Virus record (IMG/VR): IMGVR_UViG_3300009158_000057
Location: 1-58,382 of that record
DNA length: 58,382 bases
Strand: one strand, 5' to 3'
DNA from: a virus
Taxonomy: Duplodnaviria; Caudoviricetes
The notes below the pieces were generated by a model. The model did no database searches and was not told the DNA's origin. It saw nothing but the letters and a program-made list of their open reading frames with translations. The translations under genes and the position numbers were made by a program. This document shows positions 37,531-47,897 of the stretch, piece after piece; positions within the stretch are counted from its first letter, which is position 1, and each line of letters begins with the position of its first letter.

Positions 37531-39555
37531 TTAGAATTTGCCTACGATTTCGGAGAATTCAACACCAGTTCTAACAGCAACAAAGTTTAGCTGGATGAAG
37601 TTGATTGAACGTGCAGGCTTAATGTAGATATCGCCTACAAAACGGTTGCCGTCAATTACTTCTCCTGTGTTGTTTGTCTCATCGCACACTACCTTGAAGT
37701 CATAGATGCCACGACGGCCCTGGATGTCCTTCAAGAATGGTGTAACGAGTGATACGAACTGTGACCGAGTGAAAGCATCGTTGAATTCAAATAGTGTGAA
37801 TTTAGAAGCAGTCGCAATGGCCTTTTCTAGGACAATGAAGAGTCTACGCACGTTGATACGATCAAAGGCAGAAGGTTTGGCGAGAAGAGTCTTGTCGCCG
37901 TATAGAATTGTGCCTTGACCAGGGAATGTAACAACTGGGTTGACGCCAGCAGGATAGAGAACGTCACGATCAGCTTGCTTCGGATTGTATGCAAGCTTAA
38001 TGATGTTCTTGATCTGACCGCGATTAAAGCCAGCAGGAGACCACCATGGATCTCTCTGAGTGTCTGTAACAACGCAAAGACCGGCAACGTCACCGTTTAG
38101 AGGCACCCAACGATAGATATCATTGTACTTGTCATACTGATACTTATAGCCAGAGTCTAAGACAGCATATGAAGTGCTTCTTAGATTATTGCGGAAAGTA
38201 GTAACTGCACTTAGTTCGCTGCCGACATTGTTAACAACGTCTGTGTTTTGAGGAGATACGAATACAACGCAGTCCTTTCTAACGTTAGCAACATTGTCGA
38301 TGAGATAGTTGGCTAGCTGTGTGCCGTTTGTACCAGCAGTCTTACCAGCCATGACTAGAGCAACATCAACATTTTCTGTTGAAGCGAATAGATCATAAGC
38401 ATTTGTAATATTGCCAATATATGTGCCGACTGTTGCCTCATCAAAGCCGTCATTACCGCCTTGGAACGATAGTGATAGCGGCGTTGCAGTTGCAGTTGTA
38501 GCAATGTTAATTGCAGTGTTGACGCTGTAGCCGCTACGGTGGTTTGTCCACCAGAGATACTGTGAACTCTGATTTAGAACGTTGACGTAGTAGTTTGTAG
38601 AGCCGTCTTGTGTCTTGGCATCTGTAGCACGTGATAAGCCCTGATAGACTTCTAGAATCGTGCCAGGAACGCCTGTGAACTTACCATCTTGGTCAGAAAC
38701 AACAGCGTGAACTTCATCTACTGCGGCAGTGTTGCCGAAGCTGGTGTTGTAGTCTGATGAGCCAGGAGCTTTATCGACTGACTGGAAGTATTCCCAGTTA
38801 CGAGTAATTGTACCAGACATTGATACGCTGGATGATAGCGTATAAGTGCTTGACAAGTTAACTGTAAAGGTATTGCCTGTTGGTGTTGATGCGGGCTTTG
38901 CAGCAACTTGAACATACTGATAGCCAACAATTGTGTTGCCAACATATAGATAGTCGCCAACAGTTAGTGCTTGATAAGCAGCGTTTGATCTTACGTAGCT
39001 GCCAGAGTCATCAAAGGTGATGACCATTGAGTTGCCAGAGAATGTTGTAGTGGCAACGTTAGCTAGTGAAGACTGATACTGTGTAGCGTTATCGCAAACA
39101 GATAGCTTTAGTGTGTTGCCTAGATCACCAGGATATTTTGCAACATATAGGATCTGAGTGTTTGAGGCAAAGTTATTGGCAGTCAACTTTTGATCATAAT
39201 CGTCTGCGTTCTTAACGTTAAGAATAGCATTGAATGTGTAGCTGGCGGTATTTGCAACAGCGCTCCATGTGCCAATTGTATTAGCAGAACTTGTTGTATT
39301 TGCTGCACGGCTAACATATAGCGCATTGCCATATGAAAGAAAGTTTGCTGCTGTGAAAAAAGTCTCAGCATTTAGATTTGTTGGCTTGCCGAAACGATTT
39401 ACGAGCGAAGCTTCTGAATCGACTAGGACCAGCTTACCTACTGGACCCCAACGAAATAAACCGCCAATACCGCCAGTGGTTGTAGAAACCGCTGGAACGA
39501 TAGTTGTTAGGTCAATTTCGCTTACATTTACGCCTGGGCTTACTTGGAATGACAT
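37531..39555 (-). CDS. 18: Tail sheath protein gp18
   Basis: SPGVNVSEIDLT, PWWSPAGFNRG, FDRINVRRLF, KPARSINFI. Confidence 0.98.
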   Translation of the reverse strand: MSFQVSPGVNVSEIDLTTIVPAVSTTTGGIGGLFRWGPVGKLVLVDSEASLVNRFGKPTNLNAETFFTAANFLSYGNALYVSRAANTTSSANTIGTWSAVANTASYTFNAILNVKNADDYDQKLTANNFASNTQILYVAKYPGDLGNTLKLSVCDNATQYQSSLANVATTTFSGNSMVITFDDSGSYVRSNAAYQALTVGDYLYVGNTIVGYQYVQVAAKPASTPTGNTFTVNLSSTYTLSSSVSMSGTITRNWEYFQSVDKAPGSSDYNTSFGNTAAVDEVHAVVSDQDGKFTGVPGTILEVYQGLSRATDAKTQDGSTNYYVNVLNQSSQYLWWTNHRSGYSVNTAINIATTATATPLSLSFQGGNDGFDEATVGTYIGNITNAYDLFASTENVDVALVMAGKTAGTNGTQLANYLIDNVANVRKDCVVFVSPQNTDVVNNVGSELSAVTTFRNNLRSTSYAVLDSGYKYQYDKYNDIYRWVPLNGDVAGLCVVTDTQRDPWWSPAGFNRGQIKNIIKLAYNPKQADRDVLYPAGVNPVVTFPGQGTILYGDKTLLAKPSAFDRINVRRLFIVLEKAIATASKFTLFEFNDAFTRSQFVSLVTPFLKDIQGRRGIYDFKVVCDETNNTGEVIDGNRFVGDIYIKPARSINFIQLNFVAVRTGVEFSEIVGKF

Positions 39556-39610
39556 TTTTTTTCTCCCTTTATCTTATTAGGCTCTAGTGGCTCAAATTGG
39601 AACTTCTGTA

Positions 39611-39618
39611 TATTTATA
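39611..39618 (-). promoter_or_regulatory. T4 late promoter (gene 18)
   Basis: TATAAATA. Confidence 0.85.
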
Positions 39619-39622
39619 AAAA

Positions 39623-41266
39623 TCAAATAATAAACTTTTCATACGGATCGGCCAACGGCACTCCAAGAAACCTGTTAAACTCATCGTCTTCTGAAGAAGT
39701 GTCTAGTCCTTCGTCTATAAAGCCAAAGGGTAACATTTCCTCTTCTAATTTGCGTTGATTGCTTTCTAAAAGTTCTAGGCGGGCATCGTTATTACTCAAC
39801 TCCTTAAAGTAGTCTTGGTTTACGAGCCAAGAGAACAAAACGCAACACATTACTAGGTCGTCGTGTTCTCCCTCTTCTGCCTGATACTTGCCGTTTATTT
39901 CAATAAATCTGTACATTTCATAAAGCAGGTCATAATCATTAATTATGATTTTATCGCTCTCTACTAAGCTTTTAAAGTTAGCGCAGCCGATACGTTTTAC
40001 TTGTGTAGTAGTGCGTACACCCAGCGATAGCTTACCGCCACCAGAATCACCGAGCTTTTGACCTGATTTGCCGCCAGACCTAGTTAGCAAGACGTTTTCA
40101 TATTCCAAGTCGTTCTGTAGAATATCTGCGACTTGCTGACCAATGTCATTTGTTTCGACAAGAATATACGCCGTGTTGTATGGTCGTGAAGCATTGTAAA
40201 TAACATTTGGATAAACTAAAGCGGCAATATTGTTATCTTTGTATCTAGCAACAACTTTATATGGTATTTTAGTAATATCGTAAACTATAAACGCAGAGTA
40301 GTCTATGCCCGCGCCTCTAGACGTATCTACTACAGTCAGATACACGTGTTTCTTTTTTGGCAATTCATAGATGATTAAATTACCATGACGCTCTAGCGGT
40401 AACGCATGTGTCAACATAGAAAGTTTTGATGCGTCAATTAGAGTATTTGAAGAGCCTAGGAACTCGCACTCATACTCTTGCTTGAACTGTCTCTCACTAG
40501 TATTGTCAATAGTCTGCTTCTTCCAGGCTTCCGTTCTGCCGGGAATCTGCGACCAGTGTACAGAGACTCTAGAGTATGAGTTTTTACCTGTCTCGCTTTC
40601 TGACCAAATCTTGTAGAACAAGTTCATGCCGTTTGGCGTAGATGTAATTAGAACCTTAGTGGATTGACCAGACGAAATTGTAGGATAAACTGATGCAAAG
40701 AATTCTTCCTGTACGTTACTGGGTACGAAAGCAAACTCGTCTAGGTAAACTAAGTTCTGTGAAGTACCGCGAATTGCAGAGGATGAGGTAGAACTTGCTA
40801 GAATTTTGCTACCATTCTCTAGCTCAATGTTGCCTTTGTTCCACTCAATAATCCCTTGCTGGAGCCACTTTGGCAGATGTTCGTATGCTAACTGTATGCG
40901 AGACAGGATCTCACGGGCCTGACGCTCCTTGTTCGCTAGGATAGCAATGGAGAAGTTATCTTTGAACAGCACATACCACAACAGAAGAGCAGCGATTGTA
41001 GTAGTCTTACCTACCTGACGAGGCATCTTTGCAATGACGAACCTATCGTCAATACATTTTTTAATCATTTCAACTTGAAAAGGCCAAGGTTCGAACGGAA
41101 CTAGACCCTTATCGACGTTGACGATCTTGACATATTTTTTTATGAAATACAAAGGTTCTTTGGAACACTTGACGTATTCCTTTACCATATCTTCGTTCCA
41201 GCCGATAGAGACGGCCGAACGTTTTAAGTTCTTATTACCAAGATACGTTGAGGACTTATCAGCCAT
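39623..41266 (-). CDS. 17: Terminase large subunit gp17
   Basis: PRQVGKTT, YLDEFAF, TSTPNG, VDTSRG..DYSA, HDDLVM. Confidence 0.98.
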   Translation of the reverse strand: MADKSSTYLGNKNLKRSAVSIGWNEDMVKEYVKCSKEPLYFIKKYVKIVNVDKGLVPFEPWPFQVEMIKKCIDDRFVIAKMPRQVGKTTTIAALLLWYVLFKDNFSIAILANKERQAREILSRIQLAYEHLPKWLQQGIIEWNKGNIELENGSKILASSTSSSAIRGTSQNLVYLDEFAFVPSNVQEEFFASVYPTISSGQSTKVLITSTPNGMNLFYKIWSESETGKNSYSRVSVHWSQIPGRTEAWKKQTIDNTSERQFKQEYECEFLGSSNTLIDASKLSMLTHALPLERHGNLIIYELPKKKHVYLTVVDTSRGAGIDYSAFIVYDITKIPYKVVARYKDNNIAALVYPNVIYNASRPYNTAYILVETNDIGQQVADILQNDLEYENVLLTRSGGKSGQKLGDSGGGKLSLGVRTTTQVKRIGCANFKSLVESDKIIINDYDLLYEMYRFIEINGKYQAEEGEHDDLVMCCVLFSWLVNQDYFKELSNNDARLELLESNQRKLEEEMLPFGFIDEGLDTSSEDDEFNRFLGVPLADPYEKFII

Positions 41267-41688
41267 TATTCGCCACGCAACAGTTTTTGCAACTCTACGG
41301 TGCTTCCTACGAATAGATTGTTATTGACTGTCTTAGAGTCGCCGCCGTCTTTATCTGCGTCTTGCTTTTTGATCTCTTTGACTTGCTTACTAAGATTGAG
41401 AAGCTTTTGATTTGCGTCAACAAGATTGCTGATTAGAGTGCCAACAACTTCGTATGCACGTGGATGCTGCGCTTGTCTTGCAAAATCAATCATATCGTCT
41501 AGAGCGCGTTGACCGTTCTGAATAATACCATACAGATTTCCGCGAGCAAATTCGTAATCGTTATCTGCTTTATCGTTTCCGGGTGTCTCTTGATCAATAG
41601 TTATAGATTTTGGTGCTGTGCTATCACTAACAGTCGGAAGCTGTGAAACTCCCAATAAGCTTGAGATGCTTTGATTATTCGCTATCAT
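41266..41688 (-). CDS. 16: Terminase small subunit gp16
   Basis: DYEFARGNL, HPRAYEV, NNNLFVGST.ELQKLL. Confidence 0.93.
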   Translation of the reverse strand: MIANNQSISSLLGVSQLPTVSDSTAPKSITIDQETPGNDKADNDYEFARGNLYGIIQNGQRALDDMIDFARQAQHPRAYEVVGTLISNLVDANQKLLNLSKQVKEIKKQDADKDGGDSKTVNNNLFVGSTVELQKLLRGE

Positions 41689-41699
41689 GTAAGTCGCCC

Positions 41700-42527
41700 T
41701 TAAATATCAGAATAAAAATCTACGATATAGCCGTAATTAGAGTTTGCCTGAATTTCTGCATTTGGAATAGAGATAGAAGAATTGCTTGTTGGATTGCCAT
41801 TAGCGTCTAAGCCTGGCTTAACTACAATGTATTCTGCCTTAGTTGTTGTACCAACACCTTCAGCCGCAGTATTTGTAGACGGCACATAGAAGTTAACGTC
41901 CGACTCTTTAATAACACCCTTAGTGGAGATTGGTCCATAAATGTAACCCTTCAACACAAACTGTAGAGTCCAGATAATTGCGTATCTATCATTAAAGCCA
42001 GCTTCATATGTGTCTTCATAATTGATAGTTTTCAACACAACAGGAATGTCCATGTGGATATTCATGTCTGGAATCAAATTAACAGTTGTAGTCCATTCGG
42101 GCTTAAAGTACGGTAAAATCTGTTCTACAATACGTAAAGCATCGTCAGCATTTCTTGTTAAGATAGACAAGTCAATATTAAAGTTGTACGGTACAGGATT
42201 ATACTGACTATTGAATATGTCCGCGTCTGTATTTGTCTTTTTGTTTCTGCCTATAGTATTAAGCTTTCTGCTTGAGTCATACTCTACGCTTTTAATTTCA
42301 AAAGACATTCTTGGCAAAATCTGATTGATCTGCCTGTTTAAATCTGGATTAGCTTTTAGACGCGCAAGATATCTGTCTTTAGGACCATAAGACAACGGCA
42401 CTTTGATCCAGTTTACAGTTTCACCTGTTGACTGATCGACACGTTCAAGCATGATGTCATTGAACAACGTCCCGAAAAGCGAGATGTATTTTCTTGTTGA
42501 TCCAAAATAGAACGTTTTACCAAACAT
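41700..42527 (-). CDS. 15: Tail sheath stabiliser gp15
   Basis: FGTLFND, VPLSYGPK, LPRMSFE, IVEQILPYF. Confidence 0.95.
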   Translation of the reverse strand: MFGKTFYFGSTRKYISLFGTLFNDIMLERVDQSTGETVNWIKVPLSYGPKDRYLARLKANPDLNRQINQILPRMSFEIKSVEYDSSRKLNTIGRNKKTNTDADIFNSQYNPVPYNFNIDLSILTRNADDALRIVEQILPYFKPEWTTTVNLIPDMNIHMDIPVVLKTINYEDTYEAGFNDRYAIIWTLQFVLKGYIYGPISTKGVIKESDVNFYVPSTNTAAEGVGTTTKAEYIVVKPGLDANGNPTSNSSISIPNAEIQANSNYGYIVDFYSDI

Positions 42528-43252
42528 TAGAATACGCCGCCTTCACTAAATGGATCTTGAACTGTAAAGTCTGTGAATAGATCAGAGTTGTTCTGGAATA
42601 TATCATTCTGAGCTTCAGCATCATCACCACTCATGTCGTAGTCTTCTAGAGTTAGCTCATAATTGTCTTCTGTTGTCATGTAGTAGCCGTCTTCCGTATA
42701 ATAGAAGAAAGCATTTTCAGCAACAGAGTATGTACCCATAACTTGATCAATCTCAGAAACACCCGTATTGAACGTCTCACTATTGTAATTAAACTTCTCT
42801 AGTTGCAACTCATAGTACTGTAGACTACCTACTGGATAAAATGAGTCTTCGTGTTCGACAAACTTGATTTCAAAAATACCCTTAGTGAACGGGAAGAATA
42901 CTAAATCGCCTTCATTAGGACGAGTCAAGTTCCAGACAGAGCCAATGTCTTCCATGAAACGTGAACGAGAAACAGATAGTACTAGTTTGTCAGCAATACT
43001 GAGACCAAACTTGGTAAGCAAGTCGCCTTCGCCTTGAAAACCAGAATACGAGTTGATATACATTTCCATAGGAATTGCAATATTGAATGAAGAATTTGTA
43101 GCTTCAGTCAAAAGAGTGTCAACAGTACCAGTGTTTCTTATGATGTAATATACATCAGTACCGTTGATCTTGATCATTTCCTGAACTAAATCACTTACAA
43201 GATTTTGTTCTGGATTATAATCTGTGTTCCTAAAGAAAAAGTTTGTTGCCAT
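42527..43252 (-). CDS. 14: Neck protein gp14
   Basis: EQNL, GEGDLLTKFG, RPNEGDLVFFP, FEIKFVEHE. Confidence 0.94.
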   Translation of the reverse strand: MATNFFFRNTDYNPEQNLVSDLVQEMIKINGTDVYYIIRNTGTVDTLLTEATNSSFNIAIPMEMYINSYSGFQGEGDLLTKFGLSIADKLVLSVSRSRFMEDIGSVWNLTRPNEGDLVFFPFTKGIFEIKFVEHEDSFYPVGSLQYYELQLEKFNYNSETFNTGVSEIDQVMGTYSVAENAFFYYTEDGYYMTTEDNYELTLEDYDMSGDDAEAQNDIFQNNSDLFTDFTVQDPFSEGGVF

Positions 43253-43261
43253 GAAAGGTCT

Positions 43262-44002
43262 TTAACCTATCATGTCTGTGACGGGCAACGAGTATGAATG
43301 GATCATCTCATGCTCTAGATTATCAATCTCAGTCTGAGAATCGTCACGAATCTTTGTGCCGTTGAACTTGAGACCACCAGGCAGAGGAACGCCATCATAC
43401 TTTGTGATGTTGTCGCCCCATTGTCTCTTGATTAACGCAGATGCATAACGAGAGAGCCAACGATCACCCCATACGTCAGGATAAACTTCTGGATCAACAA
43501 TCTGATATGCTTCTACAATAATATAGTCGCCTACGTTAACTCTGTCCCAACCCATGTCGATATAGAGTCTGTTCATGTGACGATTGTAACGAATAGGCTG
43601 ATTGCCTACGAGCAACTGTTCAAGAAATTGAATGTGCTGCATTGCCATATAGTACGGTACCATCGTTGTAGATGTTAGATCGTACAAATCGTTTAGAGCA
43701 ATCTGATAGCGAATATTGAACAAATTGTTAGAAGATAGAGATTGACCTACAGGAAAAATAGATACTGCGCCGATGATGTTTTCGGGCATCGTGATGTATC
43801 TGTTTGTAACGTCTGTTGATTGTACTTGATACTTGTAGTACATTTTCTCAGTACCGTCAAAATGATAGTCCCAGTAGTACTTGAGTGCTTCATCAATACG
43901 ATCTTCTACTTGATCATCATCAACGTTAATGTCAATGACAGGCTTACCGAGCCTACGTAGGCAGTACTGTTTGAATTGTTCTCTTGTATTAGGAGTTGCC
44001 AT
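43262..44002 (-). CDS. 13: Neck protein gp13
   Basis: YCLRRLGKPVIDINVDDDQVEDRIDEA, KRQWG, LPGG. Confidence 0.95.
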   Translation of the reverse strand: MATPNTREQFKQYCLRRLGKPVIDINVDDDQVEDRIDEALKYYWDYHFDGTEKMYYKYQVQSTDVTNRYITMPENIIGAVSIFPVGQSLSSNNLFNIRYQIALNDLYDLTSTTMVPYYMAMQHIQFLEQLLVGNQPIRYNRHMNRLYIDMGWDRVNVGDYIIVEAYQIVDPEVYPDVWGDRWLSRYASALIKRQWGDNITKYDGVPLPGGLKFNGTKIRDDSQTEIDNLEHEMIHSYSLPVTDMIG

Positions 44003-44023
44003 TGCAGTTACCTTGTATTTTTA

Positions 44024-44242
44024 TTACTTATTAGAATTTAATTTTGCTCTCATTTGTAAATATCTATTGTGTTGATCAATAGAAACACGTACTTTGGCAA
44101 GTGTTGCTTCTTCATCACAAGATCCATCGGGTAAAAAAACTGCATGAATCTCAAATGTTATTGTGTCACTAACGCAGTCAATAAAACTACCTTTAACATA
44201 AGATTCCTCAACTGTTGTAGGAAAAGTATAGTCTTCAGTCAT
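44024..44242 (-). CDS. Small protein downstream of putative adhesin (possible fibre chaperone)
   Basis: ORF track; AAGGA SD; function inferred from position only. Confidence 0.55.
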   Translation of the reverse strand: MTEDYTFPTTVEESYVKGSFIDCVSDTITFEIHAVFLPDGSCDEEATLAKVRVSIDQHNRYLQMRAKLNSNK

Positions 44243-44253
44243 TATATATTCCT

Positions 44254-44877
44254 TTAGGTTATAGCAAGATATGAAGTGGGAGAATACAATATAGTACCCT
44301 GAGTACCGCCGCCATCAATAACACTACGCCATTGGGCAGATGAACCATTACTAAAATAATCCATATTACTTCTGTTGTATGATACACTATTACCATATTC
44401 ATCTACAACAACCAGTGTAGTCCAACCAGAATTTGCATGATATCCATCGATGATGTAATTAAATCTCCCACCAATGTAGCCCAACCCTGACCAATAATTA
44501 TTTGTCGAATCCCAAGCCCAACTGATTTCTTGAATTTGACCATTAGTCAAACTACTGGTGCCATCACCATATATGCCACCAGCTGGATTTCCAAAATTAA
44601 AAACTTTACTATAAATATTTAACCCATATTGATAATAACTATCGTCATAAGCGTAAACGCCACTATACTCTGTTTGTTGAGGATATACAACTTGGAAATC
44701 AATTTTTTCAAACGCGAGCATTGATACAGCGCCGGTACTTCCCGGCCAACCAACAGTAGTTAAAGCACTAGGAATATTATTAGTGCCCGCACGAAGTAAA
44801 TTCATATCTGCTGTGCCAAAAATATTTTTAAGTGTACTTAAACCCAGCTGATTATATGGTTGTGGTAATGCTGCCAT
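44254..44877 (-). CDS. Putative fibre-tip receptor-binding protein
   Basis: Directly follows the S74-chaperone fibre; Gly/Tyr/Trp-rich C-terminal half. Confidence 0.55.
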   Translation of the reverse strand: MAALPQPYNQLGLSTLKNIFGTADMNLLRAGTNNIPSALTTVGWPGSTGAVSMLAFEKIDFQVVYPQQTEYSGVYAYDDSYYQYGLNIYSKVFNFGNPAGGIYGDGTSSLTNGQIQEISWAWDSTNNYWSGLGYIGGRFNYIIDGYHANSGWTTLVVVDEYGNSVSYNRSNMDYFSNGSSAQWRSVIDGGGTQGTILYSPTSYLAIT

Positions 44878-44883
44878 TGTCGT

Positions 44884-46830
44884 TTATCCGTTAGAGTTTT
44901 TTAGTTTATCTACTTCTGCCGCTAATACGTTGATAGCAGCAAAAGCAACAGCGACAAGTTTTAGATAATCAACGCCTAGTGTACCGTCTGGTTTAACTCT
45001 TGTAGCAACTGGGAACGCAGCAAGTACGTCTTGAGCAATAACGCCGAAGTCAGATTTCTGTCTGTAGTAAGCGTCTGCGCCGCCATGCTTTTCAAGATAC
45101 TCGTCTGTCCAATCAAACGTTTTACCGCCAATTGCAGCTACAATAGCTAAAGCATTTTGAATATCTTGAATATTTTCTTTTAATGAAATGTCAGAGCCGT
45201 TGTACGCAACAATGTTACCTGAAGCACCGATGTCACCGTTGACTTGAATACTGGCGTTGAATGTGCCGCCGCCGAAAGGATTACCTGAAGAACCAGTGTC
45301 GCCCTTAGATCCTGTGTAACCAATGCCGCCTGCCCCACCATTAGAGCCGTTGCTGCCATCAGAACCTCTAGAGCCAGTGTAACCGATAGGTCCTTGAATA
45401 CCCTGTGAGCCACCACCACCTTGAGAGCCAGTGTACCCGATAACACCTTGAGAACCTGTGTCGCCTTTAGAGCCTGTATAACCGATGCTGCCTTGTGAAC
45501 CAACAGAACCATTATAACCAGTCGAGCCAGTGTCGCCCTTTGAGCCATTATAACCAGTGGAGCCCTGTGAGCCTGTGTAACCAATTGAACCAGTATAGCC
45601 AATAGAGCCAGTTGCACCGACAGAGCCAGTGTAGCCAGTGGGTCCTTGATTGCCTACTGAGCCGCCGTAACCTACGCCAACAGAACCAGTATAGCCTAGT
45701 GAACCAGTATAGCCAAGAGAGCCTGTAGCGCCAACAGAGCCGTTGTAGCCAGTAGAGCCAGTTGCGCCGACAGAGCCACCGTAGCCGATAGAGCCAGTAT
45801 AACCGATGGGCCCTTGATTGCCTACTGAGCCGTTGTAGCCTACAGAACCACTATAACCAATGCTGCCAGTGTAGCCGATAGGACCTTGAGAACCAGTATA
45901 GCCAGTGCCACCCAAAGAGCCTGTATAACCCTGTGGACCAACAAGTGACGTTGCCCAGTAGAGAGATGTGCCGTTTGTAGAAAGAACTTGGCCTGATGTT
46001 CCAGGGCCGCTATTCGCAATAATAGCTACGCCAGCATTGAAGATGACGTTAGCAGCATGAGTTAGCTGGCCAGAAAGAGTGTAGTCTGAGCTAGTTGTCA
46101 CATAGTTTGTAGGTGTAACGCCATTTAGATATGAAGCGTTGTTTGCTGTACCTGAAAATGCAGTCGAGTTAATCGAAGTGTTGACAGAAGAGTTGCCAAT
46201 GACTAGACTGGAAGTACTGATATAGACATTAGAACCAACAGTAACATTGGCAGAAGCAGCTACAGTCGTGCCAGAGACGTTACCAGTATGAATACCAGTC
46301 GTATTAGCAGTTACAGTAGTAGCATAGACGTTAGTTGTGATAACGTTAGAGGACGCATTTATAGTTGTAGCAACAACGTTGCCGAACAGCGTAGGTGTAA
46401 ATACGTTAGCTGACGCATTGACTACAGAAGCAGAAACGTTACCAGTATGAATACCAGTTGTGTTTGCTGTTACTGTTGTTGCGTAGACGTTAACTGTGAT
46501 GACATTAGCTGCGGCATTGATAGTCGTAGCATACACATTAGTCGTAATGACGTTTGAAGACGCATTGACCGTGATGCTGACTGTGTTGCCGTAGAATACG
46601 GGAGATGTTACGTTAGCAGATGCGTTGACAAAGCCAGTGACAGTAGTGTTGCCTGCCGCGAAGGTAGTCGTTACAACTGCTGGACCTTGAACGTTAGCTG
46701 AACCAACAATCGTTAGCGCGGCATCTGGAGAGGCTGTATTAACACCGACTTTGCCATTGTTCGCAAACAATAGATTGGTGTTAACTGTTAGCCCATTTTT
46801 TACAACAAATGAAGAATTACTACTAGCCAT
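44884..46830 (-). CDS. Tail fibre with Thr/Asn/Val repeats, GYxGS collagen-like segment and C-terminal S74 intramolecular chaperone
   Basis: FVVKNGL N-terminus; Gly-X-Y run; SDISLKENI...FDW...GVIAQDV...VDY...coiled coil. Confidence 0.88.
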   Translation of the reverse strand: MASSNSSFVVKNGLTVNTNLLFANNGKVGVNTASPDAALTIVGSANVQGPAVVTTTFAAGNTTVTGFVNASANVTSPVFYGNTVSITVNASSNVITTNVYATTINAAANVITVNVYATTVTANTTGIHTGNVSASVVNASANVFTPTLFGNVVATTINASSNVITTNVYATTVTANTTGIHTGNVSGTTVAASANVTVGSNVYISTSSLVIGNSSVNTSINSTAFSGTANNASYLNGVTPTNYVTTSSDYTLSGQLTHAANVIFNAGVAIIANSGPGTSGQVLSTNGTSLYWATSLVGPQGYTGSLGGTGYTGSQGPIGYTGSIGYSGSVGYNGSVGNQGPIGYTGSIGYGGSVGATGSTGYNGSVGATGSLGYTGSLGYTGSVGVGYGGSVGNQGPTGYTGSVGATGSIGYTGSIGYTGSQGSTGYNGSKGDTGSTGYNGSVGSQGSIGYTGSKGDTGSQGVIGYTGSQGGGGSQGIQGPIGYTGSRGSDGSNGSNGGAGGIGYTGSKGDTGSSGNPFGGGTFNASIQVNGDIGASGNIVAYNGSDISLKENIQDIQNALAIVAAIGGKTFDWTDEYLEKHGGADAYYRQKSDFGVIAQDVLAAFPVATRVKPDGTLGVDYLKLVAVAFAAINVLAAEVDKLKNSNG

Positions 46831-46871
46831 AACCTGGTTCCCTCTCCCCTAGGTGGTGATGTTCGTAGTAT

Positions 46872-47891
46872 TTATGTTTGTTCTACCGCAACCTCTGGAA
46901 CTACTTCTTGAGTTGGTTCTACTGCTACTTCAGCAACTTCTGCTGGAATCTCTTCTACTGGCTCAGGCCCGCCGCCAAGAGTAATCGTATACGTCTTGGC
47001 TTTCTCTTCTAGACACTGATTAATGTAATCAACACCAGAGTACTCGCGGTACTCTTCTAGGACAGCATCATCTAAATTAGCAATAAACTGTTTTAGATAC
47101 TGATGCGACTTGTAGATTCTTTCGCCTAGAACATGCTCTGGAATAACAGGCTGAACACTCTGCTTTGTGATGTAGCCGTGAGTGCCTAGAAAGTGATAAC
47201 AGTGCATTGATCTAGGATGATACATGTGATAGCCAGCAGCAAAAGAAGATAGCGTTAGAATTTGTTCCTCACCCTCAAAGAAGATGTACGGATCAACGCC
47301 GACTTGTTTTATCCAAGAAGCAGGGAACATAGTATTACCTGCACAGATATGAATTGCAGGCATAACATCGTCTGTCGGTGAAATGTGATCTCCGTGAGCA
47401 GAGACGATATCGCAGTCTGCACGATAATCAAAGTATCGTACTCGACACGTTAGCTTCATGTCTTCTAATTGCTTGGTTGCTTTACCGTCAAGAAATTCCC
47501 AGTTCTTACAGCTTCCAGTGATGATGATTTTACCATCATTGTGCTTTTCATTTGCTTTTCTGTAATCATTGATGAGTTTTCTATCCCAACCCTTATCAAA
47601 CAACATATGTGAGTCGATCTGATACAGAAAGTCTTCATCTTTCATCTGAAGAGAATTAACATGTCGAGCAAAGCCAACGCCATAAGAATACTCAGGATTA
47701 ATCCTCATGTATCTAATATTTCTCTGAGCGATAAGATCGGGCGCTAACACTTCTAAGCTATCAGCAGCTACAGTCTGCTCAAAGACGCCGACAGTGATTT
47801 CGTGCCTACCAGACGCACTTTCTAGAATACTATCTATTGTTAGCTTTAAAAGAGGATCTCTGTACGAGACAATGCTTACAAATATTTTCAT
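46872..47891 (-). CDS. GT60 / Gnt1-like GlcNAc transferase
   Basis: IFVSIVSYRD, GVGFARH, QIDSHMLFDKGWD, CAGN.F, FFEGEE. Confidence 0.8.
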   Translation of the reverse strand: MKIFVSIVSYRDPLLKLTIDSILESASGRHEITVGVFEQTVAADSLEVLAPDLIAQRNIRYMRINPEYSYGVGFARHVNSLQMKDEDFLYQIDSHMLFDKGWDRKLINDYRKANEKHNDGKIIITGSCKNWEFLDGKATKQLEDMKLTCRVRYFDYRADCDIVSAHGDHISPTDDVMPAIHICAGNTMFPASWIKQVGVDPYIFFEGEEQILTLSSFAAGYHMYHPRSMHCYHFLGTHGYITKQSVQPVIPEHVLGERIYKSHQYLKQFIANLDDAVLEEYREYSGVDYINQCLEEKAKTYTITLGGGPEPVEEIPAEVAEVAVEPTQEVVPEVAVEQT

Positions 47892-47897
47892 AATTTC

